Of a stretch of DNA of 64,000 nucleotides, positions 48,464 through 57,944 are shown in pieces. Each line of letters opens with the position of its first letter. Position 1 is the first letter of the stretch. The notes under the pieces are model-generated. The model was not told the DNA's origin. It worked only from the letters and a program-made list of their open reading frames with translations, and ran no database searches. The DNA is taken from positions 1 through 64,000 of IMG/VR virus record IMGVR_UViG_2907128583_000005. One strand, written 5' to 3'. Made by a program: the position numbers and the translations under genes. This DNA is from a virus (lineage: Duplodnaviria > Caudoviricetes).

Positions 48464-50120
48464 GGCAATTGTTGGTACTTATGTGTTGATTGTCAGATTC
48501 TTTCTCGTGGTTATCAATAAATCCTAGGTGTAAATAAATATTTATTTTATTGTCTTCATTGAGTATAACTTTTTTTATAAATAATCGCGTCACTTTTCTC
48601 TTGGTCTCTGTATCTATATGATCGTTATCGATAAGATATTTAAATGATCTCAATGATTTTTGCACTAATTCAATGTGATTTTTCTTATTAAGTACAGTCG
48701 ATAAGCTTTGGTCTATTGTATGCAATTCCTCTTTTATATCTTTTATCTGTTCATCTACGGCTGACACTTTATCTTCTAAATCCTTCATTGATTTGATTAT
48801 TCCAGCCGCATACATCTCTGTATAACGTTCGCGAGACGCTTCTTTTTCCTGTAGGGACTTTTCCAATTTCTTTTTTTGTTTAAGCAATTCATCAGAGTTT
48901 GAGTTTTCTGATTGTTGTTTAATTATACGTTCAAAAAATTCTGTTGGTTCAGATATAATATTTTTAACGTACTCCCAAACAATTTTATCTACGTAATCAA
49001 CTCTCCAATTACGTCCTTTGCAAATTGGATTGGATTCACCAGTCCCCACTTCATAAGACTTCTTTGTTTTGTGTTGACAAACGTAATACTTCAGCAACCT
49101 ATTCTTAGTTTTCGTAGTCACACCCGACGATACTGCTGCCCCACATCTACCACAACGACAAATTCCCTGTAATAAATAATCTTCTGTGGGTCTTCCGGGT
49201 TTGTTCTTATTTAGTTCATCAAGTCTCTTCTGAATTCTATAGTATGTCTCCATATCAATGTAAACAGGTACAGATATTCTTCTCCATTCTTCTCTTGGTT
49301 GTGGAACTTGTTTCTTTGTTCCATCAGCATTATGGATTACTTTGGTTTTGCCAAAATAATAATTGCCTGTATAGGTTTCATTTTTAAATATTCTACTTAT
49401 CGTAACTTGATACCATCTGTCTTTTTTAGGAGCTGGCACGTTACGTAAAGATAATTCTTCGGCAATCCTAGAACAGCTATAATCTTTATGTAAAAGCATA
49501 TCAACCATCTTCAAATAAATTTCTTTTTCTACGGGATTCTCAACTAGTGTGTCCAATTCAGTATCATAGGTATACCCATAAATTCTGTTTAAACCCGGTA
49601 TTTGACCATTTTTAACCTTTGTAATTCTGCCACGCTTAGTATCTGCTAGTATCTTTGCTTTGTTGTATTCGGCAATAGAACCTTGGATGTTGAAGTTCAA
49701 CATTGATTCTGGACTCGATTTGTCAAAATCAAACTCAACAAACCAGAAATCTTTGCCAAGACCCCATATGCGATTAGACAGTTGTGTTTGTAAATGAAGA
49801 AAACGACTCATCCTGTTGGGATGTAGAAAAATAACATGATCACCAATCCCATACTCCAACAAGAATAAAACATAGTTAATCATAGGGCGATTAGGATTGT
49901 CGCCTGATTCCCCATCTTCTACTAGAACCACTACTTCATCTTCGTTAATACCTTTTTGCTTAGCTAAGTCCATACATCTTTCAACCTGTGACTCGATTGA
50001 ATAATTTTCAACTTGTCCGTCAGTAGATACACGAGCGTAAATAAGAGCCTTGATCTTAGCGACCAAGGCTTCAAGCTCAGTTTTGGTGAATTTTTCTGAA
50101 CCTGTCAAAGTTCTGAGCAT
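48336..50120 (-). CDS. Large serine recombinase (integrase)
   Basis: YARVSTDGQ catalytic serine motif, EDGESG, recombinase domain (YGY), zinc ribbon CGRCG...YYVC and coiled coil. Confidence 0.95.
   Translation of the reverse strand: MLRTLTGSEKFTKTELEALVAKIKALIYARVSTDGQVENYSIESQVERCMDLAKQKGINEDEVVVLVEDGESGDNPNRPMINYVLFLLEYGIGDHVIFLHPNRMSRFLHLQTQLSNRIWGLGKDFWFVEFDFDKSSPESMLNFNIQGSIAEYNKAKILADTKRGRITKVKNGQIPGLNRIYGYTYDTELDTLVENPVEKEIYLKMVDMLLHKDYSCSRIAEELSLRNVPAPKKDRWYQVTISRIFKNETYTGNYYFGKTKVIHNADGTKKQVPQPREEWRRISVPVYIDMETYYRIQKRLDELNKNKPGRPTEDYLLQGICRCGRCGAAVSSGVTTKTKNRLLKYYVCQHKTKKSYEVGTGESNPICKGRNWRVDYVDKIVWEYVKNIISEPTEFFERIIKQQSENSNSDELLKQKKKLEKSLQEKEASRERYTEMYAAGIIKSMKDLEDKVSAVDEQIKDIKEELHTIDQSLSTVLNKKNHIELVQKSLRSFKYLIDNDHIDTETKRKVTRLFIKKVILNEDNKINIYLHLGFIDNHEKESDNQHISTNNCQGHGRPKKSIYFDPRRVFGRNGLFFTDQSWSSFSFSNPTGFS
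48455..48480. other. Prophage 2 att junction inside spoVK
   Basis: SpoVK similarity stops at AAG GCC ATG (~48463) and base composition turns AT-rich. The exact crossover needs the other prophage end. Confidence 0.7.
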
Positions 50121-50164
50121 AAAGTTCCTCCCATTTAAATTATTTCATTATTTTTATGTATTTA

Positions 50165-50317
50165 TTATATATCATTTGGTACTAAATGAGAATACTTTTT
50201 CATGATATTTTCCAACCAAATTGTAAATTCATTATTTATTTCTTCAATCGGTTTGGCTTCTTCTTTATCAGCAATATGTATTGCAACCTCAAAACTATTT
50301 ATGTTACTTCTTTTCAA
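50165..50317 (-). CDS. 50-aa protein directly upstream of the serine recombinase (candidate RDF)
   Basis: AAAGGAGG, 7 nt, then TTG; MKRSNINSFEVAIHIADKEEAKPIEEINNEFTIWLENIMKKYSHLVPNDI. Below the ORF-track cutoff. Confidence 0.55.
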   Translation of the reverse strand: MKRSNINSFEVAIHIADKEEAKPIEEINNEFTIWLENIMKKYSHLVPNDI

Positions 50318-50390
50318 TATGTTCCCTCCTTTCAAATTATGTTGAAAGTAGGCTTATAAATAGTTATCTACTCTCTGTAAAATACTACTT

Positions 50391-50912
50391 TTACTCACAC
50401 TTTCTAATTGTTCTTTTTTTCTTGATCTCTAATTTGTTCCATTCGATTAGCTTATTCTTGATTAGATACGTGAGTGCTACCGCAAAAGAGTCCGATTCGT
50501 CTTCATTTTCAAAAATGATGTTAGAATAAACTTTCTTTATGGTATCCTGTACATACTTTTTAGTGGCATCCCCTCGACAAATAGCCTCCTTGACGGTTTT
50601 TGGTGGATAATATATTTGTTCAGTTTGATAAAAAAGCTTGTTAATGATTCCATGGACTCTATATATGACCTGTGTACTTGTATTAAACCTACTGAATCCA
50701 CGTTCAATTGTTACTACTGTTGGAGGATATTGTTTTATAATCTCTAACATTCTATCTTCTATGTATTTAAGTTTTTGTCCATGAGTAGCAGATTTCTTGA
50801 AATGTGAGGTCGAGATACTTGTAACTAAAATAGGTTTCATTGTATCGAGTTCAAAAATAGTTAATCCAGTACATTCCATACTTAAGTCAAATCCATACAA
50901 GTATTTACTCAT
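50391..50912 (-). CDS. RuvC-like Holliday junction resolvase
   Basis: GFDLSMECTG, VTIERGF, PKTVKEAICRGDATK and DESDSFAVA give the RuvC catalytic D/E/D/D pattern. Confidence 0.85.
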   Translation of the reverse strand: MSKYLYGFDLSMECTGLTIFELDTMKPILVTSISTSHFKKSATHGQKLKYIEDRMLEIIKQYPPTVVTIERGFSRFNTSTQVIYRVHGIINKLFYQTEQIYYPPKTVKEAICRGDATKKYVQDTIKKVYSNIIFENEDESDSFAVALTYLIKNKLIEWNKLEIKKKRTIRKCE

Positions 50913-51314
50913 AGTAAACTCTCCATCATCTTCAGTCGATCATCCAAATAATTTGTTTCTAGTTTTACTAGTTCCTCATACTTATCTTCCTTTATAAATC
51001 CATATTTATTGTACATCTCAAGTCTTTTTAGTGTATGTATTTTCAATTCTTTAACAAGCTCAATATTATGACCTACTAAATTCAAATTACCATTCCTCTC
51101 CTGCAAGAATTCTTTTTGCTCCATTCGCTTTCTTTAAGCAGTCATAGTCATCGTGGACACTCAGACTGTCGAACAAGATCAATATTTCCTCTCCAACTAA
51201 AATATCTTCATTACACCCTGCACAAGTTAAAAACTTATTCACCTCCTCATTTTGTGCATCAGGAAATCTAAACTCATGATATGGACTTTCAAATCTGTCG
51301 AGGTTATTTGCCAT
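50909..51314 (-). CDS. Two small phage proteins (50909-51124; 51087-51314 with CxxC...H...C)
   Basis: Co-oriented overlapping ORFs. Confidence 0.55.
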
Positions 51315-51424
51315 TAATTTATTCTTCTAGAAGCTTGTTTAGGACGATTGATACAATCTCTTTGTACTCTTTCTCGCTAAGCTTCCGATTTAATATTTCT
51401 TCAATTTTTTGCTTATTCATTTTA

Positions 51425-54400
51425 CTATCCATGTAATTTCTCCTTGTCTGTGTATTTTGAATAACCAGTAATCCAAATATCTATCTGGTCAGTTGGCTTA
51501 AAGCCACCATTTCCATCAGGAATTTGTCTTGCTTTCTTTTTAAAACCAGTTATTTCAATCAAATCGCCCTTGTTGATCCTAAGCGATGCATCTCTAGTAT
51601 TAAATGTTTTTTTGTCCATTTTAAATATTCGTTCTTCTCCACGTCTTAAGTTGTATAAAGTAAGCTTAGGAGAATATTTAGTATCTAAGTCGGTAACAAC
51701 GCACCAACTCGCGTTAACATTTGGATATTTTGCATCAGCATAGCCCATATGTTCAATTTGAAACATTATTGTTTCATTCGGCAAAACCTCCGGCACATTG
51801 TTTACTTTTAACTCCTTCTCGATTCTTCGTAACTCAGTCAGTCGGGTTTCAATTGTTTTAGCTACATATGTTTTTTTGTATTTATATTTACCTTCATTGA
51901 ATTCATCAAATATTTTCATAAGATATCCACTATGTCCGAAGTCATCAAAATAATTAAGCATAATCAAAATTTTTAACTGTCTAGAGTTAACAGATGTCTT
52001 CTGAGATATATCTACCAATAAATCAATAAAGTACTCATATGTATTCACTCTTAGTTCAAAAAGTTCTTCTGCAATCTTTGTGTTCATATATTTGATACCA
52101 GACAAGTCAGCATAAATCGAATTGGTTTTTTCATCTGCCACAAAACTTCTGTTATCCGTTCCAAATTTAATGCCACCATCTTTGATGTTGAAACCTCTTT
52201 GCATCTCTTCTTTGAGTAACCCTAATTTGTCTTTATTTTTCTTTTCTGAAAAATGCCTAAGAAGTGATTCATAGAAAAAGAGAGGATAATGGCTCTTGAG
52301 ATATGCACAATAGACCGAATCAAGAGCATAACTGTATGCATGGCTTGCATTAAATCCGTATCCACTTGAATCCTCGATAATTTTCCAAACCTTATCACTC
52401 ATATCGAATGCTTCTTGTTCGGTCACGTTTTCTTTAGCGAGGATTTTATCACTAAATCCTTTCAAAAATCGTTCTTTGAGTGGTTTTACTACAGCAGGTT
52501 TCTTCTTACTGATTGCTTTAATAATCCCGTATGTTTCGTCTGAAGGAAATCCTGCATAGGCAAGTGTAGCCATAGTTTGTTCTTGGTACAATACAAACGA
52601 GTTTTTCATTTCTTCAGTTTGTATTAAATTGTCGAAGCTGCTTATTCCATATGCAAAAGGTTTTCTACTTTCGAATGTATGATACATTGATTTAAAAGAA
52701 GGACGGATTGCAGCAATAAAAGCAGTTAACTCAGAAATATTTTTCGGCTTGTATTTCATTACTTTTTGTGTTGTAGAATATTTCTCAACTTGATTAACTC
52801 CTACGGTTAATCCACTGGCATAAATATCCCATACTTTATCATTATCTTTTATTACATCTAGCAATTCAGTCTCCGAATGAACTTGTAAACCGATTCTTTT
52901 ATAAGTATCATATGTAGTTTTTACAACATCTACTTTGAGAAGATCATTCTTAAGAAATTTTTTGCGTTCAGCGATATCACCATCAATCAAGGCAGCAATT
53001 ACTTCTTTTTTAGTTGATTCGCTCTTTATTCTGATAAGGCCAATTTCTTCTTTAATGTTTCCTTGATAAATTAAGTGTCCACATGGATGAGGCTTTTTAT
53101 CTGAAATGATACCTGTATACTTTTCACTTTCCTTGATTAGATGATGATACTTCTCGTCAACATAATCGTATACATCAATCAAATCTTGTTCATCATCTTC
53201 AGCATATTTTAAGTCGTTCTCATAATTTTCTAACTGCTTGGACACCTCATTTGCAATATCAAAATCAAGGCTTTGTGATTTGGCATATAACTTGAATCCA
53301 GACTTGCGTTTGAAGGTTCCATAAGCAATCATAGGATAAGAATGTCCCTCACCTAGCACTTTTTTCTGAGCAGCAATAAATACTTCAGGATTCCCTAAAT
53401 TAAGATCAAGATCGGGCAGGGATTTTGTTTGCAAAATTCTGCTTTCACTCATAAATCTTTCTGGATACAGATGTACAGGAGCGGAAATTCTATCTACTTT
53501 TGAAAATCCTAGTAGAGTATTTGTATAAAAGGAAACTCCTGAGCCACGACCTGTGGATGTGATAATACCGCCCATACTTACAGCTTCTTTGACTATTTCA
53601 TGGTCAATTAAGAAGTAGTCAGACATTTTAGTATTAACAACAACCGAACCTTCTTTTCGAATTTCATCTATGTATTTTGTATGTTTCTCTTTTGGAATAG
53701 TACTTTTAGTTTCTCTCCACTTACTATTTAAAAGCTGCTTATACTTATGATCTCGCTGTTCCTGTGTTAAATCTGGATATATGGTAGGTAACTTAATGTC
53801 ATTACTAAAGACTTTAATTAAATCAGAATCATAGTCATCAAAATCCATAAAGATCATAGTGTTCTTGATTGCTTGATCTATTTGTGGTTCGTTTAACACT
53901 CCTTGATCCAAAAAGCGCTGCTTAAATGTTTGACCATCTGGATAATCCATAAACCAACCATCTTCATTTTCATATCGAATTCCTTTTGCTTCTAGTACAG
54001 CATTTCTATCCTTAGCTTGTTCAGGATAAATAAAATGACTATCACAACCTGCAATTAATTCAATATTATGCTTTGCCGAAATATCTAATATTCTTTTATG
54101 AAGTTTTCGTTGAGGATCTGTATGGTGCGCTTGTACCTCAAGCATAAAATTCTTACCGAAATATGAGTTCAAATCAAGCACAATTTTTTCAATATCCTCA
54201 TATTGCCAAAAAGCAATACATGCGCTTGTGACAAATACCTCATTAGGATCGAGAGTTGAAATCAGATCCAAATCAACACGAGGCTTGTAATAGTAACCTG
54301 TTTCATTGGCTTCAGAAAGAATCCGATTAATATCTCTTCTGCCCTTTTCTGATTTAGCGAAAATACACATGTGACCATTAGTATTATCTTTTTCAAATCT

Positions 54401-54631
54401 ATCCTTTACCCAGTAAGCCTCTGTGCCAAAAATGAATTTTAAGCCCTCTTTTTTTGCTACATCATATGTATCAAAATACCTTCCTTGAAATCCATGTTCC
54501 ATACTAGAGAGTATCTTATGGTCTAGTTCTTTTGATCTTTTCACATAGTCATCAATTTTAACCGAACAATCTGGTGTAAAAATATTGCTATAGTCTCGAT
54601 GATTATGATAATTACAAAACACACAAATGAT
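51425..54631 (-). CDS. dnaE: Phage DNA polymerase III alpha subunit (DnaE/YorL-like); exact start uncertain
   Basis: PHP domain (NYHNHRDYS, GCDSHF), GRGSG, PDLDLN, KNDLL and GYGFNASHAYSY motifs. Confidence 0.92.
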   Translation of the reverse strand: MICVFCNYHNHRDYSNIFTPDCSVKIDDYVKRSKELDHKILSSMEHGFQGRYFDTYDVAKKEGLKFIFGTEAYWVKDRFEKDNTNGHMCIFAKSEKGRRDINRILSEANETGYYYKPRVDLDLISTLDPNEVFVTSACIAFWQYEDIEKIVLDLNSYFGKNFMLEVQAHHTDPQRKLHKRILDISAKHNIELIAGCDSHFIYPEQAKDRNAVLEAKGIRYENEDGWFMDYPDGQTFKQRFLDQGVLNEPQIDQAIKNTMIFMDFDDYDSDLIKVFSNDIKLPTIYPDLTQEQRDHKYKQLLNSKWRETKSTIPKEKHTKYIDEIRKEGSVVVNTKMSDYFLIDHEIVKEAVSMGGIITSTGRGSGVSFYTNTLLGFSKVDRISAPVHLYPERFMSESRILQTKSLPDLDLNLGNPEVFIAAQKKVLGEGHSYPMIAYGTFKRKSGFKLYAKSQSLDFDIANEVSKQLENYENDLKYAEDDEQDLIDVYDYVDEKYHHLIKESEKYTGIISDKKPHPCGHLIYQGNIKEEIGLIRIKSESTKKEVIAALIDGDIAERKKFLKNDLLKVDVVKTTYDTYKRIGLQVHSETELLDVIKDNDKVWDIYASGLTVGVNQVEKYSTTQKVMKYKPKNISELTAFIAAIRPSFKSMYHTFESRKPFAYGISSFDNLIQTEEMKNSFVLYQEQTMATLAYAGFPSDETYGIIKAISKKKPAVVKPLKERFLKGFSDKILAKENVTEQEAFDMSDKVWKIIEDSSGYGFNASHAYSYALDSVYCAYLKSHYPLFFYESLLRHFSEKKNKDKLGLLKEEMQRGFNIKDGGIKFGTDNRSFVADEKTNSIYADLSGIKYMNTKIAEELFELRVNTYEYFIDLLVDISQKTSVNSRQLKILIMLNYFDDFGHSGYLMKIFDEFNEGKYKYKKTYVAKTIETRLTELRRIEKELKVNNVPEVLPNETIMFQIEHMGYADAKYPNVNASWCVVTDLDTKYSPKLTLYNLRRGEERIFKMDKKTFNTRDASLRINKGDLIEITGFKKKARQIPDGNGGFKPTDQIDIWITGYSKYTDKEKLHG

Positions 54632-54797
54632 TACCGACCTCCTAATCCTATAAAATATTGATTTTAATAAAATCTGATATGAATATTTTGCACCTCTCAC
54701 CCCCTTAAATATTTATGAGGCTCATAAAGAACAATCGATGGATTTCTAGCTAAGTTAATTAAGTATGATTGTTCTTTATGGACAAATACAATTTAAT

Positions 54798-55772
54798 TTA
54801 TGGCAATATGATAGATTCTCTTTTATTCATTTCAACATTTGAATTTGATATATCTCGTGGCAAAATATCCATTAAATTTTGCTTAGAAATCTTCACACGT
54901 CTACTCATTATTCTGACAGCTTGGTGTCGAATCGCTTTTTCAATCACATTACGAACATAACGTGCATTGCTAAAATTACTTCTTGAGTCTTTCTCAATCT
55001 GAATTATTTCTCTAAGCTTTATAAGTGCATCAGAGGTAATGTTGTAGTCTTTTTCATATGCCATCTTTACTGCAATTAACATTAGCTCATCTGTTGTGTA
55101 ATCCTGAAAATCTATTTGTATTGGAAACCGAGATGGGAGACCTGTATTTGTTCTAAGAAACATCCCCATCTCATCTGGATATCCAGCAAGGATAATTATT
55201 AAATCATCGCTTCTATCCTCCATGACTTTTACAAGACAATCTATAGCTTCCTTTCCAAAATCTTTATCTCCTCCTCTAGCCAAACTGTAGGCTTCATCAA
55301 TAAAAAGAATACCTCCCATAGCCTTCTTAACAAGATCTCGTGTTTTTTGTGCGGTGTGACCAATGTATTCTCCAACTAAATCTGCTCGCTCTACTTCAAT
55401 TAGATGACCTTTACTAAGGATACCCATTCTGTTTAGCAACTTAGAAGCTATTCTTGCCACTGTCGTCTTCCCTGTACCGGGATTTCCTTTGAATATCATA
55501 TGGTATACCTGATTACTACTTTTAAGACCTTCTTCACTTCTAAGTTTTTGTACCTGTATTAATGCATAAATTTCGTACACAAGTTCTTTTACCTTTTCAA
55601 GTCCAATCATATCGTCTAAATCCTTAAATATGTCTGCTGCGGATTCGTAATGATTACTGGTTAATGGAATTTCTTCGTTTTGTTCAGATATTGCTTCATA
55701 AGCCTCCTGACTTTTAAAAACAACATTGATCCTTGATTCATTAACAGTAATCCTTCTAGAGCTTTCATCCAC
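54798..55772 (-). CDS. spoVK: Full-length phage-borne SpoVK homologue (AAA+ ATPase)
   Basis: RINVVF N-terminus, GLEKVKELVYEIYA, GNPGTGKT, ERADLVGEYIGHTAQKT and LFIDEAYSLARGG.DFGKEAID. Likely GTG start at 55772 after GAGAGGTGA. Confidence 0.92.
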   Translation of the reverse strand: MDESSRRITVNESRINVVFKSQEAYEAISEQNEEIPLTSNHYESAADIFKDLDDMIGLEKVKELVYEIYALIQVQKLRSEEGLKSSNQVYHMIFKGNPGTGKTTVARIASKLLNRMGILSKGHLIEVERADLVGEYIGHTAQKTRDLVKKAMGGILFIDEAYSLARGGDKDFGKEAIDCLVKVMEDRSDDLIIILAGYPDEMGMFLRTNTGLPSRFPIQIDFQDYTTDELMLIAVKMAYEKDYNITSDALIKLREIIQIEKDSRSNFSNARYVRNVIEKAIRHQAVRIMSRRVKISKQNLMDILPRDISNSNVEMNKRESIILP

Positions 55773-55794
55773 AGTAATCACCTCTCGTTGTGAC

Positions 55795-55826
55795 AGTATA
55801 TGCCTAATATGGTCTACAACATGCAG
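55795..55826 (-). promoter_or_regulatory. Candidate sigmaE-type (mother-cell) promoter of the phage spoVK
   Basis: Minus strand GCATG, 17 nt, CATATACT, just upstream of the RBS; resembles the B. subtilis sigmaE pattern ATa-N16-18-CATAcanT. Confidence 0.5.
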
Positions 55827-55952
55827 GTATGTTTGTTCAAATATTCAACGCCATTAACATAACACTTATTCACTAAGAACTTCAGATATTCAACTTTTAA
55901 TTTTACTTTAATCCTTGTAGCTTCCCTTATTGTATGTATTGTAGGCCGAAGC

Positions 55953-56237
55953 CTACTCAAAGGAATTTAATAACTCATCAAACCTATCCTCATAATCCTG
56001 CTCATTAATTATTTGTTCAATTTTTTCTACTGTAAACTCTTTTTCTTCTTCTAATACTATATGTTTTTCCGATGTCTGAATTATGTTATTGGGAGTTGGA
56101 TAAACTCCAAAGAAAAATAATCTTAATGCCTCCCTTACAATATCACTTTTATCCTTGTGTGGTGGCAAACTATTCCAAGCCTGAATGAGATCATCATCTT
56201 TTTTCGGTCTAAGTCTTGCTTTGGCAGCTATTTCCAT
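55953..56237 (-). CDS. ParR-like adaptor (ribbon-helix-helix)
   Basis: RLRPKKDDDLIQAW...DKSDIVREALR with an acidic tail; overlaps the end of parM. Confidence 0.65.
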   Translation of the reverse strand: MEIAAKARLRPKKDDDLIQAWNSLPPHKDKSDIVREALRLFFFGVYPTPNNIIQTSEKHIVLEEEKEFTVEKIEQIINEQDYEDRFDELLNSFE

Positions 56238-57172
56238 GATTTCTTGCCTATCTTCCGATATCCTCTTGTTTGAGCAAACTGATCCATTAAGACTTTATTT
56301 GGAAGATCGAGGTAATCAAAAACAAAGTGAGCTGCACCACCAGCAACCAAATAAATATCAAAGTTCATATTCAGACTCTCAATTTCGTTCTTAATTTGCA
56401 TGGCAAGTGATTTAAATGCCTTTTTAATAAGAGGCGAAATATCGTATCCATTATATTTTCCTGAAATGACATATGGATCTAGTTCATAAAGTTCTGGAGA
56501 AGTCCCAGTCAATTTGTGTATGTAGGCTTGTAGTAATTTATAAGCTTTTTCTACTCCTAGCACTATACTCTTAGACTCTTTCATTATTTTTGAGTCATCA
56601 AGCCCTAAGAGGTTGATTGTATAAAACCCCAAATCTATAGTCAGAATTCGTAATTGAGCGGCTTTCAATTTTGCTATTTTACCATTGTCTCCTAATAAAT
56701 AATCCATTACTATTCCAAGTCCTTGAGGTACTAGCTTACACTTCTCAACTATTGGTTGAACTAAAAAACTCTTTCCTCGACCTTTTTTTATTTTGTACTC
56801 ACCTTGATCAGCCAGTCCCAGCAATTTCTCCTCAAAAGCTTCTCTCTGCTTAAAATAAAAATTAATTGGAAGACCAGTAACTAGATTAACCCTTTCTCTT
56901 CGTGCTAAATAGCCCAATACAGTCTTTAGTAGTATGTCACTTGTTTCAGCTTCTGCCTTATTGTTATTTAATGAAAAGTATTTTATGTCACTGTAGTTAA
57001 GTGCAAGAGTTCCAACAAACATTTCATCATTAAATATAAAATGATTAGCTTCAATATTTTGATCAAACATATCTTTTGCTTCGCCTATAATTGATGGCTG
57101 TCTGTAAATCACCCCTCCCTTTTCTGCCTTAGTCCAACTAAATCCCAGATCTAAGTTAACCGTATTAAGCAA
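56228..57172 (-). CDS. parM: ParM/StbA actin-like ATPase
   Basis: Actin-fold motifs NLDLGFSWTK, LVTGLP, VPQG, IDLGFYT and VAGGAA. Confidence 0.88.
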   Translation of the reverse strand: MLNTVNLDLGFSWTKAEKGGVIYRQPSIIGEAKDMFDQNIEANHFIFNDEMFVGTLALNYSDIKYFSLNNNKAEAETSDILLKTVLGYLARRERVNLVTGLPINFYFKQREAFEEKLLGLADQGEYKIKKGRGKSFLVQPIVEKCKLVPQGLGIVMDYLLGDNGKIAKLKAAQLRILTIDLGFYTINLLGLDDSKIMKESKSIVLGVEKAYKLLQAYIHKLTGTSPELYELDPYVISGKYNGYDISPLIKKAFKSLAMQIKNEIESLNMNFDIYLVAGGAAHFVFDYLDLPNKVLMDQFAQTRGYRKIGKKSWK

Positions 57173-57192
57173 AGTGGTATAACCTCCTTAGA

Positions 57193-57300
57193 ATTTGTGT
57201 GAACACATGTACCAGTCTGTCACAATCCATCACACTTGTGTCCATTTGTGTCCTCAATTTCTAATTTGATTATACCACATCTATCTCTTTTATTCTACAG
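57193..57300 (-). promoter_or_regulatory. parMR promoter and candidate parC repeats
   Basis: Extended -10 TGTGGTATAAT (~57280-57270). The leader holds GGACACAA twice plus GTGACAGA, GGTACATG and TCACACAA variants. Confidence 0.5.
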
Positions 57301-57461
57301 TTTCATTATATTTAATTTTTTATACGTTTCAAAAACACAGCAAATGATAAAATCAGGATTTTACGTAGAAATCACTATCAATAAATCCTTATAAACATTG
57401 GGTATTTTATGTATCAATGTAGTTCTACATTATTCTTGTTCATTTTGCATTCTTGATGTCG

Positions 57462-57944
57462 TCAAACTTTAGTTGAACTCATATTCAACTGTAATTGATT
57501 ATATTTATGTGTTAGCTCAATAAACCACTCTTTATCGTTCATATCAATAGCTATGTCGATTAAAGTCATGATGCAATCTTTATCTAATAAAAGTTCTTCG
57601 TTTGTCACTGTAGCCACTAAAACAGTGTGTTTATTGTAACTATCTCTTGTTAACACTTCTTCAATCTCATTTATGTATGCTGCAACATTTACTTCTCCGC
57701 CTAACTCTAATTCAATCATTCCCTCAATTTCTTTCAAAGTAAGTCTTCTCTTATAGATTTCCTCACTATATTTAAAAGATACAATCTTTCCACTAAAACT
57801 AATTTTTCTCGAATAAAAATCATATTTACTAGCCATTACATCAACATCAATTTCAATCTTAGGTTCACTAGTGAAATTGCCATAATGCTTCTTGAGAGAC
57901 TTCCTTAAAATTTGAAAAATATCATTTTGATTCAAAAATTTCAT
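57462..57944 (-). CDS. IDEAL-domain protein
   Basis: C-terminal LIDIAIDMNDKEWFIELT. Confidence 0.7.
   Translation of the reverse strand: MKFLNQNDIFQILRKSLKKHYGNFTSEPKIEIDVDVMASKYDFYSRKISFSGKIVSFKYSEEIYKRRLTLKEIEGMIELELGGEVNVAAYINEIEEVLTRDSYNKHTVLVATVTNEELLLDKDCIMTLIDIAIDMNDKEWFIELTHKYNQLQLNMSSTKV

Noticed and set aside
50330-50370. CATAATTT as a sigmaE/K promoter for the candidate RDF
   Set aside because: The -10 box abuts the RBS and the -35 match is poor.
51425-54700. Intein or intron in the phage dnaE; ORF-track start at 54700
   Set aside because: The length fits an uninterrupted DnaE and no splicing motifs were seen. The strong SD at ~54640 places the real start downstream of 54700.
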